Source: Eledone cirrhosa
Lineage: Eukaryota
Length of the DNA stretch: 63,992 nt
NCBI GenBank assembly: GCA_964016885.1
Contig: OZ024740.1
Span: 430,652,001 to 430,715,992, forward strand
Direction: 5' to 3'
Of the stretch, positions 51,581 to 63,992 are shown in pieces; the first letter of the stretch is position 1, and every line of letters begins with the position of its first letter. The notes under the pieces are model-generated. The model made no database searches and was not told where the DNA came from. It was given only the letters and a program-made list of their open reading frames with translations. Made by a program: the position numbers and the translations under genes.

Positions 51581-52580
51581 ATATATATATTCACACACAC
51601 ACAATATATATCATCAACACCGTTTAACGTCCATTTTTCCACGCTAGCATGGGTTATACGAGTTGTCCTGTTGTGAGAAATGCCAAGTTAGGTGACTGTC
51701 TTGCTCATACAGAACTGATTTTGGGTTGGTGTTAGAAAGGACATCCAGCTGTAGAAACCATTTACAGTGAGTACTGGGTGCTTTTTATCGTGTCGCCATT
51801 ACGACCACTTTACAGTGAGTACTGGGTGTTTTTGTTGTGTCGCCATTACGACCACTTTACAGTGAGTACTGGACGCTTTTTGTCGTGCCACCATCACGAC
51901 CACTTTACTGTGTGGGCTTGGAGCTTCACTAGATGTATGCTTCGTCCTGTCCTCGTGAGGTGTATGAAAGAGTGGGGTAAGGTGATAGGTACATACTGTA
52001 TGTATCCTTCAGCTACTTGTGTATCTGTGCTCTTGTTTGTTGTATCTCTCCATGTATGTTTTCACAAACCAGTGTAGTATGTCCTCCATGTATGTTTTCA
52101 CAAACCAGTGTAATGTGTCCTCCACTAACAATATAATAAGTTAAGGGCTGACATCAGAAATAGTATTTGACTGTTCAATATTTTCTCATAAACTCTCGTC
52201 CAGCCCATGCTAGTATGCAAAACGATGACATTGATGATGATGACGATAGTGATGATGTATGTCTAAGATTATTGATTAACTTGCTCTCAGCCATATATCT
52301 GTGTCATTCATAGATTCTGGGCTTTATCTCTCTGATTAAATAGCAAATCGAAATGTTTTTTCAACTGATAAATTATTTACTAATTTGTCTACTAGGACTA
52401 CGAAACATTGGCATGGTTATCTGTTTTGTTCACACACCTAATATATTGTTAAATTAATGACACACGCCCACTGGTGGCAACTGTTGACAGTTAGAAATGA
52501 TGTAGGGGAGATAATTTCTCCTCTATCTCATAACTATATGTGATGCATGTATTTATTTAACTGGTTCTTTCTTTGTTTAG

Positions 52581-52729
52581 TGCCAAGCTTACCTGAAGGA
52601 CCTGATGGTGCCTTTAGTAACATGATGTTTATTACTTTGGGATGGATTGTAATTGCCACAGCACTCTTTCTGCTACGCCCTGCAAGTCTTCGGAACACAT
52701 CCAGCTTGAAGCCTAACCGGAGATCAGAT
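52581..52729 (+). CDS. SMIM14: SMIM14 coding exon 3 (transmembrane segment)
   Basis: TTTGTTTAG acceptor and GTGAGT donor. It encodes (M)PSLPEGPDGAFSNMMFITLGWIVIATALFLLRPASLRNTSSLKPNRRSD with the W..IA..LFLLRP..LR motif. Confidence 0.93.
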
Positions 52730-52879
52730 GTGAGTAGATATTTTCTTTTACTGGTTTTCAGTCATTGGACTGTGGCCATGTTGGAGCATCACCTACAAGG
52801 ATCATTCAGTTAATAATATCGCCTCCAGTACTTATTTTATTGATCTTTATTTGGTAGACAGAAACTGTGTAGAAAGTTG

Positions 52880-52922
<43 letters not shown>

Positions 52923-54038
52923 GACATGCTTGACATCTGATCTCCCATAATGCTGATCTGGTGCCACTACAGCAACAAAATCCCCCGCTTCACCTTGTAA
53001 GGTTACACAAAGCACCCAGTTCAAGTGGTTGTGTTGGTGACATATCAAAAAGCACCCAGTATATACTGTAAAGTGGTTGTGTTAGTGACATCAAAAAGCA
53101 CCCAGTCCACACTGTAAAGTGGTTGTGTTGGTGACATATCAAAAAGCACCCAGTACACACTGGAAGGTGATTGGTATTAGAAAGGGCATCCAGCCATAGG
53201 AACCATGCCAAAATACAGATCTGTATGAGCATGACATGGTCTCCAGACCTGAATTGCCTCATAACATGACAAGCCCTCTAACCTATGAAAGTGTAAAAAA
53301 TGGAGATTAAACGATGGATATACACATCAAGGAGAATTGTAGCTGATTTAGTTGTTAATGTTACAGTGGATTGTTACCAATATGGATAGAAGTCGATGGA
53401 AGCCGTGAAGTGGGGAGATCCAAGAAGACCTGCGATGAGGTGATAAAAGCCAACCTTACCCAATTGCATCTCTCAAGGGCGATGACACACGACCGTGACC
53501 TCTGGCATCATGCAGTAATACAGAAGACCTGACTTCCCATGGGTACAAGCCAAAGCTGAAGTATATAGACAATATGCCTGTCCCCACTGTAAAGTGGTCG
53601 TGGAGGTGTAAATGAGGTTGGTGTTAGGAAGGGCATCCAGCTGTAGAAATCAAGCCAGAAACAGTTCTGTATGAGCAAGACAAGGTCAGCCAACTGGACA
53701 CTGCCCACAACAGGACAACCTGTCTAACCCATGCTAGCGTGGAAGAACGGACGTAAAACGGTGATGATGATGATAGATAAATGTACATAAGGGCGGTGCC
53801 CCAGCATGGCCTCAGCCGGATGGCTGAAACAGGTAAAAGAGTAAAAGAGTATAAAATGATGATGATGATGACGATGATGGTGGTTGTGATAGTGATGATG
53901 GTGATGACTGGTAAATTGTTACAATTGTTTACACATTTTAAAAATGTCTTCAAAGGGAGATAACCACGAACCTATAAAACATTGAAAGTGATTGTGTTAT
54001 GTGTATATAATGTTTTTTCTGTTATTTCTTTTTTTCAG

Positions 54039-54077
54039 TCATCAGACAGCCAGCCTCCAGCACCTCCAACTCTGTAA
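54039..54077 (+). CDS. SMIM14: SMIM14 last coding exon (SSDSQPPAPPTL*)
   Basis: Long pyrimidine tract plus CAG acceptor, the C-terminal PPAPP motif and a TAA stop. An AT-rich putative 3' UTR follows, with AATAAA near 54918 and 54950. Confidence 0.88.
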   Translation, partial: SSDSQPPAPPTL

Positions 54078-55545
54078 AACTTTACTCAAGAAATATCAAC
54101 GAGGTACTAAAGAGTGGTCTCTTAATGGAAATGATATTCGTTATGCAATCTGGACATTAAATGTAATTCAGTAACTAAATTCTGACATGTTTTTAAGGAC
54201 AGCCTGCATTGTCAGGTCTGATGTTAGTAGTACAATTCTTCCTGGTTATATCGACGCTAATTATTATTAACTATTATTATTAAGTGGTGATGGTTTAAAA
54301 AAACTTTTCCTTTTTTCTCTTCCTTTTTTTTATCTTAGCAAAACCATTCAAAGGGTTTTATTATGAATTGTTTGATTTTATAAGGAAGGAATAGGTTTCT
54401 TGATATTTTTATATTTGTAGCTGCTCAATATATATATACATATATATATATATTCTCTATATATATTCATTACATATATATCTATTCAATACACACACTC
54501 TCACACACATTTCTTTCCCCTGCTCTCTCTCAAAATACATATAGATATCTATATCTATCTATATATATATATATGTGTGTGCGTGTGTGTATATATAGTG
54601 ATATATATATTTATTCACCACAATTATATAGTTAGTATAGTAAATAACTTTTGGGGTTTTTTTTCTTTGTTTCTGTTGTGATATTCCATGTCAATATTTT
54701 GGCACACAGGATTTGAGTGGTACCACTTGAATGAGTCTGATGTTAAAAGAGAAGTTTGTATAAATGGGAGTATATTTGTGGTTGTGTGTTTCAAAACTCA
54801 CACATTCGATGTTTAAAAGCTTTGGGGAAAATGGACATATTTTTGGGGCTGCATTATTGCCAGCAAAATACAAATCTGGATGGAATTGTAGACTTTATGC
54901 TACTGAAAATGATTAAAAATAAAATATTTAAATTCCAATGAAATTCAGAAATAAAAGCATTTATAAAACTGAGCCAAAACAAGCCAGCTATTTTAAACAT
55001 CTCAACTAAATGACTTCTTTACACTTTAATGGTGAACCAGATAAGAAAGTATTTCTGTTACCATATTGCTGAGTAAATAGTGTGTATCTGAATGTATGAT
55101 AGTGATGATGATTGTGAAAGATGAATGTCCTCTTTTTTTATTAGTTGAGCTCCACTATTTATCATTTAGCTACTCCATGGTTACTTGAAATACTATTCTG
55201 TTCCTGAAATTAAAATTTCAAGACATGTATTTTATTAATACTATGAACTCATTTCTTGATATACTTAATTAAAATTTCATGTGTGACGCTAACCCCTTAA
55301 CTTGTTTGTTAATTAGTAAATGATCTTGTTGATTTTACAGGGCCCTTCAACACCAAAATAATATTTCTGAAAATATTAATCTCTTTCCATACTAAGAAGT
55401 GGTCTAATATACTGCCTTTGAAATTGTCTTCAAAATATCTACTATATTATTTTTATCTGAGATTTAACCACTGCTGTTTAGTTTTAAAGAATTATTTTTC
55501 TATTACAATTGATATTAGAAAGACCATACATTCATATATATATCC

Positions 55546-55678
55546 ATTTTATTATAGAAATGACTTGTGCAGGACGAGAACTGTTTCATTCACAAGAAAT
55601 CACCAGGAAATACTTTCATGGTGATTTCTTGTGAATGAAACAGTTCTCGTCTTGTAGAAGTAATTGCTATAATAAAAT
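55546..55678. repeat. ~130-bp fold-back palindrome of a dispersed repeat end
   Basis: GACGAGAACTGTTTCATTCACAAGAAATCACCA..TGGTGATTTCTTGTGAATGAAACAGTTCTCGTC, centred at ~55612. The right arm plus its extension (to ~55755) is homologous to 13510-13650 (-). Confidence 0.85.
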
Positions 55679-55854
55679 AAATATGCCTATACTCTGCTAA
55701 CGTATTGAGTACCTATTTTAACAGTGGTCACCTCCCGATATATATCAGGATTCTACAGACACACATAAAAATTTATATATGTGTGTGTGTGTATACATAT
55801 ATATATGTGTATATATATATGTATATACATGTATATATATATGTATATACATAT

Positions 55855-56790
55855 CTATGGTAGAACTAGAGAATAAATTCCAAACCTGGAAGCAGGGACT
55901 AGAGAGAAAGGGCCTCAAAGTCAACATGACAAAGACTAAGGTCCTTATAAGTAGACGAGAAAACAGAACCCAGATCCCCTCAGGGAAATGGCCTTGCTCA
56001 GTATGTAGGAAAGGTGTAGGTAGGAACTCCATTCTTTGCCCCAAATGCAAACAATGGGTACACAAGAGATGTAGCGGGATCTCAGGAAGCTTAATTAAGA
56101 ATGTAGGATTCACATGCAGCAGCTGTGCTGAAACAGCAAGCAAACAGCCACAGGAAACAAGTACCACCAATCTCTGGGAGGGCCCTGTAGAAACAGTAGA
56201 CAGCTTCTGCTACCTAGGTGACCGAATTAGCAACGGAGGTGGGTGCTCAGAAAGTACAATAACTAGGGTAAGAACGGGATGGAAGAAGTTTAGGGAACTA
56301 CTACCACTGCTAGCTGCAAAAGGCTTCTCCCTCAGAATGAAAGGCAGACTGTATGATGCGTGTATCCGAACAGCGATGTTGCATGGTAGTGAGACCTGGG
56401 CGCTGAAGGTGGAAGACTTACGTAGATTAGAGAGAAACGAAGCCTGCATGCTCCGATGGATGTGTAACAGTAATATACGTGAACGACAAAGCATAAATGA
56501 ATTGAGAGAGAGACTGAGCATAAGAGGAATCAAATGCTGCGTGCAGGAGAGGCGGTTACGCTGGTATGGACATGTGATGCGTATGAAGGATGACAGCTGC
56601 ATAAAAAGGTGCAGAGCACTAGAAGTTGATGGAAACCGCGGAGTGGGGAGACCCAAGATGACTTGGGATGAGGTGATAAAAGCCGACCTTACCCAACTAC
56701 ACCTCTCAAAGTCAATGACACACGACCGTGACTTCTGGCGTCACGCAGTAATACAGGGTACCCGACCTCCCATGGGTACATGCTGAAGCA
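55855..56790 (+). mobile_element. RTE-clade LINE 3' fragment with an open frame including a PHD-like Cys/His cluster
   Basis: GLKVNMTKTKVL, CSVC..CPKC..WVHKRC..CSSC, FCYLGD, AMLHGSETW, RRLRWYGHV, GRPKMTW. Confidence 0.88.
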
Positions 56791-57103
56791 TATAAACAAT
56801 ATGCCCCCCCCCCCCACCGCAAGGTGGTCGTGGAGGTGCCACGGCAAAAAAGCACCCAGCCCACACTGTAAAGTGGACGTGTAGGCGCCACGAAAAAGCA
56901 CCCAGCACTCACTGTAAATGAGGTTGGTGTTAGGAAGGGCATCCAGCTGTAGAAATCAAGCCAGATCAGTTCCTGTATGAGCAAGGCATGGTCAGCCGAC
57001 CAGACACTGCCCACAACAGGACAACCCGTCTAACCCATGCTAGCGTGGAAGAACGGACGTAAAACGGTGATGATGATGATGATGATGATGACATATGTAT
57101 ATA

Positions 57104-57153
<50 letters not shown>

Positions 57154-57199
57154 CCCATGCTAGCGTGGAAGATGGACGTTAAACGATGATGATGATGAT

Positions 57200-57281
57200 G
57201 ATATGTATGTATATATATATATATGTATATATGTATGTATATATGTATATATATATGTATATATATATGTATATATATATG

Positions 57282-57332
<51 letters not shown>

Positions 57333-57385
57333 GTATATATATGTATATGTATATGTATATATATATGTATATGTATATGTATATA

Positions 57386-57426
<41 letters not shown>

Positions 57427-57697
57427 ATATATGTATATGTATATATATATGTATATGTATATGTATATGTATATATATATGTATATGTATATATATATGT
57501 ATATGTATATGTATATGTATATATATATGTATATGTATATATATATGTATATATATATGTATATGTATATATATATGTATATATATATGTATATGTATAT
57601 GTATATGTATATATATATGTATATATATATGTATGTATATGTATATATGTATGTATATGTATATATATATGTATGTATATGTATATATATATGTATA

Positions 57698-57732
<35 letters not shown>

Positions 57733-57912
57733 ATGTATATGTATATATATGTATATGTATATATATGTATATGTATATATATGTATATATGTATATATAT
57801 GTGTATATATATATATATGTGTATATATGTGTATATATATATATATGTGTATATATATGTATATATATATATATGTGTATATATATGTATATATATATAT
57901 ATGTGTATATAT
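57200..57912. repeat. (TA)n/(TATG)n/(TATATG)n compound microsatellite
   Basis: Direct inspection of the sequence. Confidence 0.97.
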
Positions 57913-59203
57913 ATAAAGAATGAATAATAACAGGTAGACATCATAAAAAGGTAATTTATTCCGTGTGCTTACAAATGTTTCCACGGTGGTACTGCAGCCT
58001 AGTTCCGCTACGTGCAAATTCACAAGTATTTGCAGAACTCGAATATCCAATGCTGTGACCACTGTTTCCTCAGAGCAGAATGGTAAATATACAATGTAAA
58101 TACCCTTAAGTGGGGTTGTTGGGGAAGATAGAGTAGAACAGGAAGAGAGAAAAGTAGGGAAGAGGGAGAGAGAAAGAAAGATATGCAGGGGTTGGAGAAG
58201 TAGGAGAGAGTGGTTTGTAGATATCTTAATCAAAATGTTATGGTAGGGGTTTTATTATACTGGTTACTTTTGGAGAGATGCGTTGATAGTTAAGGTCGGA
58301 ATTATTTATTGCCCCAGAGGGCAGGTTCATAGATGTTGAGAGGGAGGTAGGTCAAAGGTGAGAGAGGAGAGTGTAATGGATGTAGAGAGAGATATAGGTA
58401 GAGAGGGGACAGATAAAGTATGTGTGGTGAGTGAACTTTGGTTTTGTAGTAGTAATCTAGGAATTGTACTGAGTTACCATGTATAGTGATAAGCAGTGTA
58501 TTGTCTTGTAGTGTGGGGGAAGAAAAGGTTGTTAGCTAGAAAGTGGTGTTGTAGTTACGGGTTCGAATGTTAAGTTATTTTATAGTGAGAGAATTTAGCT
58601 TTTAGTTTGTGGTTGCAGTATAATGATCGTTCAATTCTATCGTTAAGTAGTTTGTTTTGGGATTTTAATATGTAAAATAGCTCAAGGTTACATAACCTAC
58701 AGTACTTCAATCCACTCCGATATGCACTTGCGCTGGAAAGTATATCCCATTTTAAGGTGAACTGTTGGTTGTGTTCACGGAGTTGCCAGGTCTTGTTGGC
58801 GAGCGTGGTCACAAAACGGTGATTAGGATGTTTGATTGAGAATCGATGACGGTACCAGCGAGATTTAAACGAGGTGGTGGTAGATCCGATATAATACCAT
58901 TTCTGGTCGTTCGATTCAACCGTGCATTGGTAAACAATGTTGGACTTTAGGCAATCATTCTTCAATGGACATCTTTCAGGTAGATGGCAGTTACATTCTT
59001 TGTTGTGGGTAGCGGGTATACCATGGATAGGTTGTGATAGCGGTACAGGTGGGTTGTGCAATACCCGTCTCCCATTTAGTGGTTGGGAGGCAGATATTGC
59101 GTTCTGCCCATCTGTTACTAAAATGTTTTGTTTTGTAGAGTTGTTTAATTGCCTTAAGTTAAGTTTTTTTATGTATACTTCAAGGTTTGGTGCCGTGGAG
59201 TAT
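57913..59203 (-). mobile_element. Third, slightly diverged copy of the Penelope-like element (GIY-YIG plus 3' end)
   Basis: ORF 58570-59061 is nearly identical to ORF 1705-2202 and has the same 3' terminus TAAAGAATGAATAATAACAGG. It is embedded in TA-rich microsatellite. Confidence 0.9.
57966..58077 (-). ncRNA. Hammerhead ribozyme-like motif, third copy
   Basis: The reverse complement retains TGCT-CTGAGGA and GAAAC-ATTT-GTA-AGCA. Substitutions relative to the other copies fall in the stem II region. Confidence 0.6.
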
Positions 59204-59246
59204 GTGTATATATATGTATATATATATATATATGTGTATATATATG

Positions 59247-59277
<31 letters not shown>

Positions 59278-59408
59278 GTGTATATATATGTATATATATA
59301 TATATATGTGTATATATATGTATATATATATATATATGTGTATATATATGTATATATATATATATATGTGTATATATATGTATATATATATATATGTGTA
59401 TATATATG

Positions 59409-59444
<36 letters not shown>

Positions 59445-59458
59445 TGTGTATGTATATG

Positions 59459-59503
<45 letters not shown>

Positions 59504-59634
59504 ATGTATATATATATATATGTGTATATATATGTATATATATATATGTGTATATATATGTATATATATATATGTGTATATATATGTATATATATATGTG
59601 TATATATATGTATATATATATGTGTATATATATG

Positions 59635-59665
<31 letters not shown>

Positions 59666-60164
59666 GTGTATATGTATATATATATATATGTGTATATGTA
59701 TATATATATATATGTGTATATATATGTATATATATATATATGTGTATATATATGTATATATATATATATGTGTATATATATGTATATATATATATATGTG
59801 TATATATATGTATATATATATATATGTGTATATATATGTATATATATATATATATGTATGTATATATATGTATATATATATATATGTGTATATATATATG
59901 TGTATATATATGTATATATATATATATGTGTATATATATATGTGTATATATATGTATATATATATATGTATGTATATATATGTATATATATATATGTATA
60001 TATATATATGTGTATATATATGTGTATATATATGTATATATATATGTGTATATATATGTATATATATATATGTGTATATATATGTATATATATATATGTG
60101 TATATATATATATGTGTATATATGTATATATGTATATATATATATATGTATATATATATGTATG

Positions 60165-60195
<31 letters not shown>

Positions 60196-60200
60196 GTATG

Positions 60201-60231
<31 letters not shown>

Positions 60232-60398
60232 GTATGTATATATGTATATATATGTATATATATATATGTATATATATATATATGTATGTATATATATATA
60301 TGTATATATATATATATGTATGTATATATATACATGTATATATATATGTATATATGTATGTATATATATATATATATGTATGTATATATATATGTATG

Positions 60399-60452
<54 letters not shown>

Positions 60453-60487
60453 TATGTATATATATATGTATGTATATATATATATGT

Positions 60488-60551
<64 letters not shown>

Positions 60552-60570
60552 GTATATATATGTATGTATG

Positions 60571-60601
<31 letters not shown>

Positions 60602-60602
60602 G

Positions 60603-60642
<40 letters not shown>

Positions 60643-60648
60643 TGTATG

Positions 60649-60711
<63 letters not shown>

Positions 60712-60762
60712 GTATATATATATGTATGTATATATATATATATGTATATATGTATATATATG

Positions 60763-60793
<31 letters not shown>

Positions 60794-61560
60794 GTATATA
60801 TGTATATATATGTATATATGTATATATATGTATGTATATGTATATATATGTATGTATATGTATGTATATATATATATATGTATGTATATGTATATATATG
60901 TATGTATATGTATGTATATATATATATATGTATGTATATGTATATATATGTATGTATATGTATGTATATATATATATATGTATATATATATGTATGTATA
61001 TATGTATGTATATGTATGTATATGTATATATATGTATATATATGTATGTATATGTATGTATATATATATGTATATATATATGTATGTATATATGTATATA
61101 TATGTATGTATATGTATATATATGTATGTATATGTATGTATATGTATATATATGTATATGTATATATATGTATGTATATGTATATATATGTATGTATATG
61201 TATGTATATGTATATATATGTATATGTATATATATGTATGTATATGTATGTATATGTATATATATGTATATGTATATATATGTATGTATATATATATGTA
61301 TGTATATATATATATATGTATATGTATATATATGTATGTATATATATATGTATGTATATATATATATATGTATATATATATGTATGTATATATATATATG
61401 TATATATGTATATGTATATATATATGTATGTATATATATATATGTATATATGTATATATATATATATGTATATATATGTATATATGTATATATATATATA
61501 TGTGTATATATATGTATATATATATGTGTGTGTATATGTATATATATATATGTGTATATA
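59204..61560. repeat. ~2.3-kb (TA)n-based compound microsatellite
   Basis: Only TA, TG and TATG units are present. Confidence 0.97.
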
Positions 61561-61956
61561 TTAAAATAACATTAATCTGTTATTTTAATAAATATTTGCT
61601 CTACACTTCTTATATATTTGATATATATTTATCCTTATCGAGCCCTCTTTGGATTTTAGTCTTCAAATTTATTATTATTACTATATATATGTATATATAT
61701 ATATGTATAACTTTATATATATGTATATCTTTATATATATGTATATGTTTATATGTATATATATATGTTTATACATGTATATGTTTATATGTATATATAT
61801 ATGTTTATATATGTATATGTTTATATATATATATGTATATGTTTATATATGTATATATATATGTTTATATATGTATATGTTTATATATATATATATATAT
61901 ATGTATATGTTTATATATATATGTATATGTTTATATATATGTATATGTTTATATAT

Positions 61957-62299
61957 AATGGAGGCATATGGCTTAGTGGTTAGAGCATTGGCCTTGCAAT
62001 CAAAAGATTGTGAGTTCAATTCTCAGCCCGGGTGATGTGTTGTTTCCTTGAGCAAGACACTTTATTTCACATTGCTCCAGTTTACTCAGCTGTAGAAATG
62101 AGATGATAGGGACTGAGGTCCATATCATACCACTGTAAAGTGGTCGTGGAGGTGCCACGGCAAAAAAGCACCCAGCACTCACTGTAAATGAGGTTGGTGT
62201 TAGGAAGGGCATCCAGCTATAGAAATCAAGCCAGAATCAGTTCCCGTCCCACCCTTACAAGCAGGGAAAAGCGGACGTAAAATGATGATGATGATGATT
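61957..62299 (+). mobile_element. tRNA-headed SINE with a 48-bp-unit body and an RTE-type (ATG)n tail
   Basis: A-box TGGCTTAGTGG, B-box GTTCAATTC, body AAAAAGCACCCAGCACTCACTGTAAA..GGAAGGGCATCCAGC, and tail GCGGACGTAAAA(TGA)n shared with the RTE at ~51560. Confidence 0.75.
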
Positions 62300-62309
62300 A
62301 TATGTATAT

Positions 62310-62344
<35 letters not shown>

Positions 62345-63273
62345 TATATGTATATATATATATATATGTTTATATGTATATATATATATATATGTTTATA
62401 TGTATATATATATATATATATGTTTATATGTATATATATATATGTTTATATATATATATATATGTATATATATATGTTTATATATATATATATATATGTT
62501 TATATATATATATATGGTTATTTATATATATATATATATATAATATTATATATATATATATATACCATATTAAATAAATGGAAACTATATTTATAAAACC
62601 ATATTTATTTCATTATATATATTTCAGGGATATCATATTAACAATATGTTATGCCTTCAGACAAAATACAATATAGACAGTTTTATAGATAAATAGATTT
62701 GACATACCGTTCAACATCGACTTGTATTTGAAAAAGTTGATTTGGCAGTGAAAAATTGTAAACAGAAAGAAAGAAAGAAAGAAGGAAATAAAGAGAGAAA
62801 ACGAAGAAAAAGAAGAAATGCATGCAACAAAATAGAGAGATGGAAAGATAGATAAAGAGAAGAACTTCATGTAAAGAAACAGAGAGAGATATATAGAGAG
62901 AGGAAATAGATAGATATATATAGAGAAAAGTAGGTAGTTGAACGACGTATCAATGATACATTTATTTATTTATTTATTTATTTAGCTCTAGTATTAATGT
63001 AAGGGAGATATATGTGGTTAGGAAAGAAACCAGCCGTTATATAGAGAGAAAAATGAAAAGTAACCAGACATAGGCGAGGCAGAATTTAAAAATATTAGTT
63101 CGTATAAAAATATATATATATATATATATATGTTTATATATATATATATATGTCGTTTCTGAATTTGTTTAGCAAGATTCTTTATCTGAAATCGTGTGTT
63201 GAAACCGATATTGTTATACTTTGGGAGGGTCATGTTGCCAATAAGAAACACACGCACCAGTTGCTTTCACTTC

Positions 63274-63663
63274 AATTTATTATATATTTATAAATTTATA
63301 AATTTACAAATCTACAAACCTATAAATTTCTGGTTGGTTGGTTGGTTCCACAACCAGATAGTTGTTTATATATAGTCATAGTCCTTTCGTCACACACTCT
63401 GTGACCTCTTCAGTGACTGGGGATTCCTTTCTTCGTTTCTGTGCCTTTCCTTTCTTCTATCCTACGCCATTTTGTTTGGCGTAGGATAGAAGAAAGGAAA
63501 GGCACAGAAACGAAGAAAGGAATCCCCAGTCACTGAAGAGGTCACAGAGTGTGTGACGAAAGGACTATGACTATATATAAACAACTATCTGGTTGTGGAA
63601 CCAACCAACCAACCAGAAATTTATAGGTTTGTAGATTTGTAAATTTATAAATATATAATAAAT
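63274..63663. repeat. ~390-bp near-perfect palindrome with a 7-nt loop, hammerhead motif in each arm
   Basis: The left arm ends CCTACGCCA (63469), the loop is TTTTGTT, and the right arm starts TGGCGTAGG (63477). The arms are complementary apart from one short indel at the outer end. Confidence 0.95.
63528..63572 (+). ncRNA. Minimal type I hammerhead ribozyme-like motif (mirror copy on - strand at ~63374-63418)
   Basis: AGTCA-CTGAAGA-G-GTCAC-AGAGTGT-GTGAC-GAAAG-GA-CTA-TGACT. Stem I is AGTCA/TGACT, stem II is GTCAC/GTGAC, stem III is 2 bp and the cleavage triplet is CUA. Confidence 0.65.
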
Positions 63664-63992
63664 ATATATATATGTTTATATATGTTAATATATATATGTT
63701 TATATATATATATGTTTATATATGTATATATATATATGTTTATATATATATATATATATATGTTTATATATGTATATATATATAAACATATATATATATC
63801 TAAACATATATATATATATAAACATATATATATATATATATATATAAACATATATATATATATATATATAAACATATATTTAGAAACACACAGATACATG
63901 CGGACACACACATATATACATGAATGCATCCGCACCCAACTGTGAGTTAAGGGTGCCAACTTCACCGATGTTGCTCAATGAATGACTGGGAC

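Noticed and set aside
61957-62035. tRNA gene
   Set aside because: A and B boxes are present but there is no proper cloverleaf or acceptor stem, and it continues into SINE body. Similar heads occur at ~21050, 24265 and 42010.
57030-62596. Long Y/I/M/C/V-rich ORFs up to 923 aa
   Set aside because: These are translations of (TA)n/(TATG)n microsatellites.

Overview
AT-rich eukaryotic (animal) genomic DNA. The repeat landscape ((TA)n/(TATG)n tracts, tRNA-headed SINEs with RTE-type (ATG)n tails, RTE, Tx1 and Penelope-like retroelements) resembles an octopus/cephalopod genome, which is an inference. One host gene can be assembled from four GT-AG exons on the + strand (46432-46506, 48324-48372, 52581-52729, 54039-54077). 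It encodes a 103-aa SMIM14 orthologue, and most of the upstream sequence may be its first intron. Everything else is mobile or repetitive DNA: (i) Penelope-like elements (probably Naiad-type, YRDD RT plus C-terminal GIY-YIG), including a ~4.1-kb back-to-back inverted pair whose 3' ends carry a hammerhead ribozyme with an unusually long stem II; (ii) two further fold-back palindromes, one with a complete minimal hammerhead in each arm; (iii) a near full-length Tx1/L1-clade LINE and sister fragments, all inserted in (TATC)n; (iv) a DD37D (maT) Tc1/mariner transposon and several MITEs; (v) five minisatellites (32, 42, 45, 47, 48 bp), three traceable to internal pieces of a SINE or an RTE ORF; and (vi) a ~16-kb composite tandem repeat of 48-bp arrays separated by a recurring ~890-bp spacer. 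No CRISPR array, rRNA or true tRNA gene is supported. All calls come from reading the sequence, and no database searches were run.
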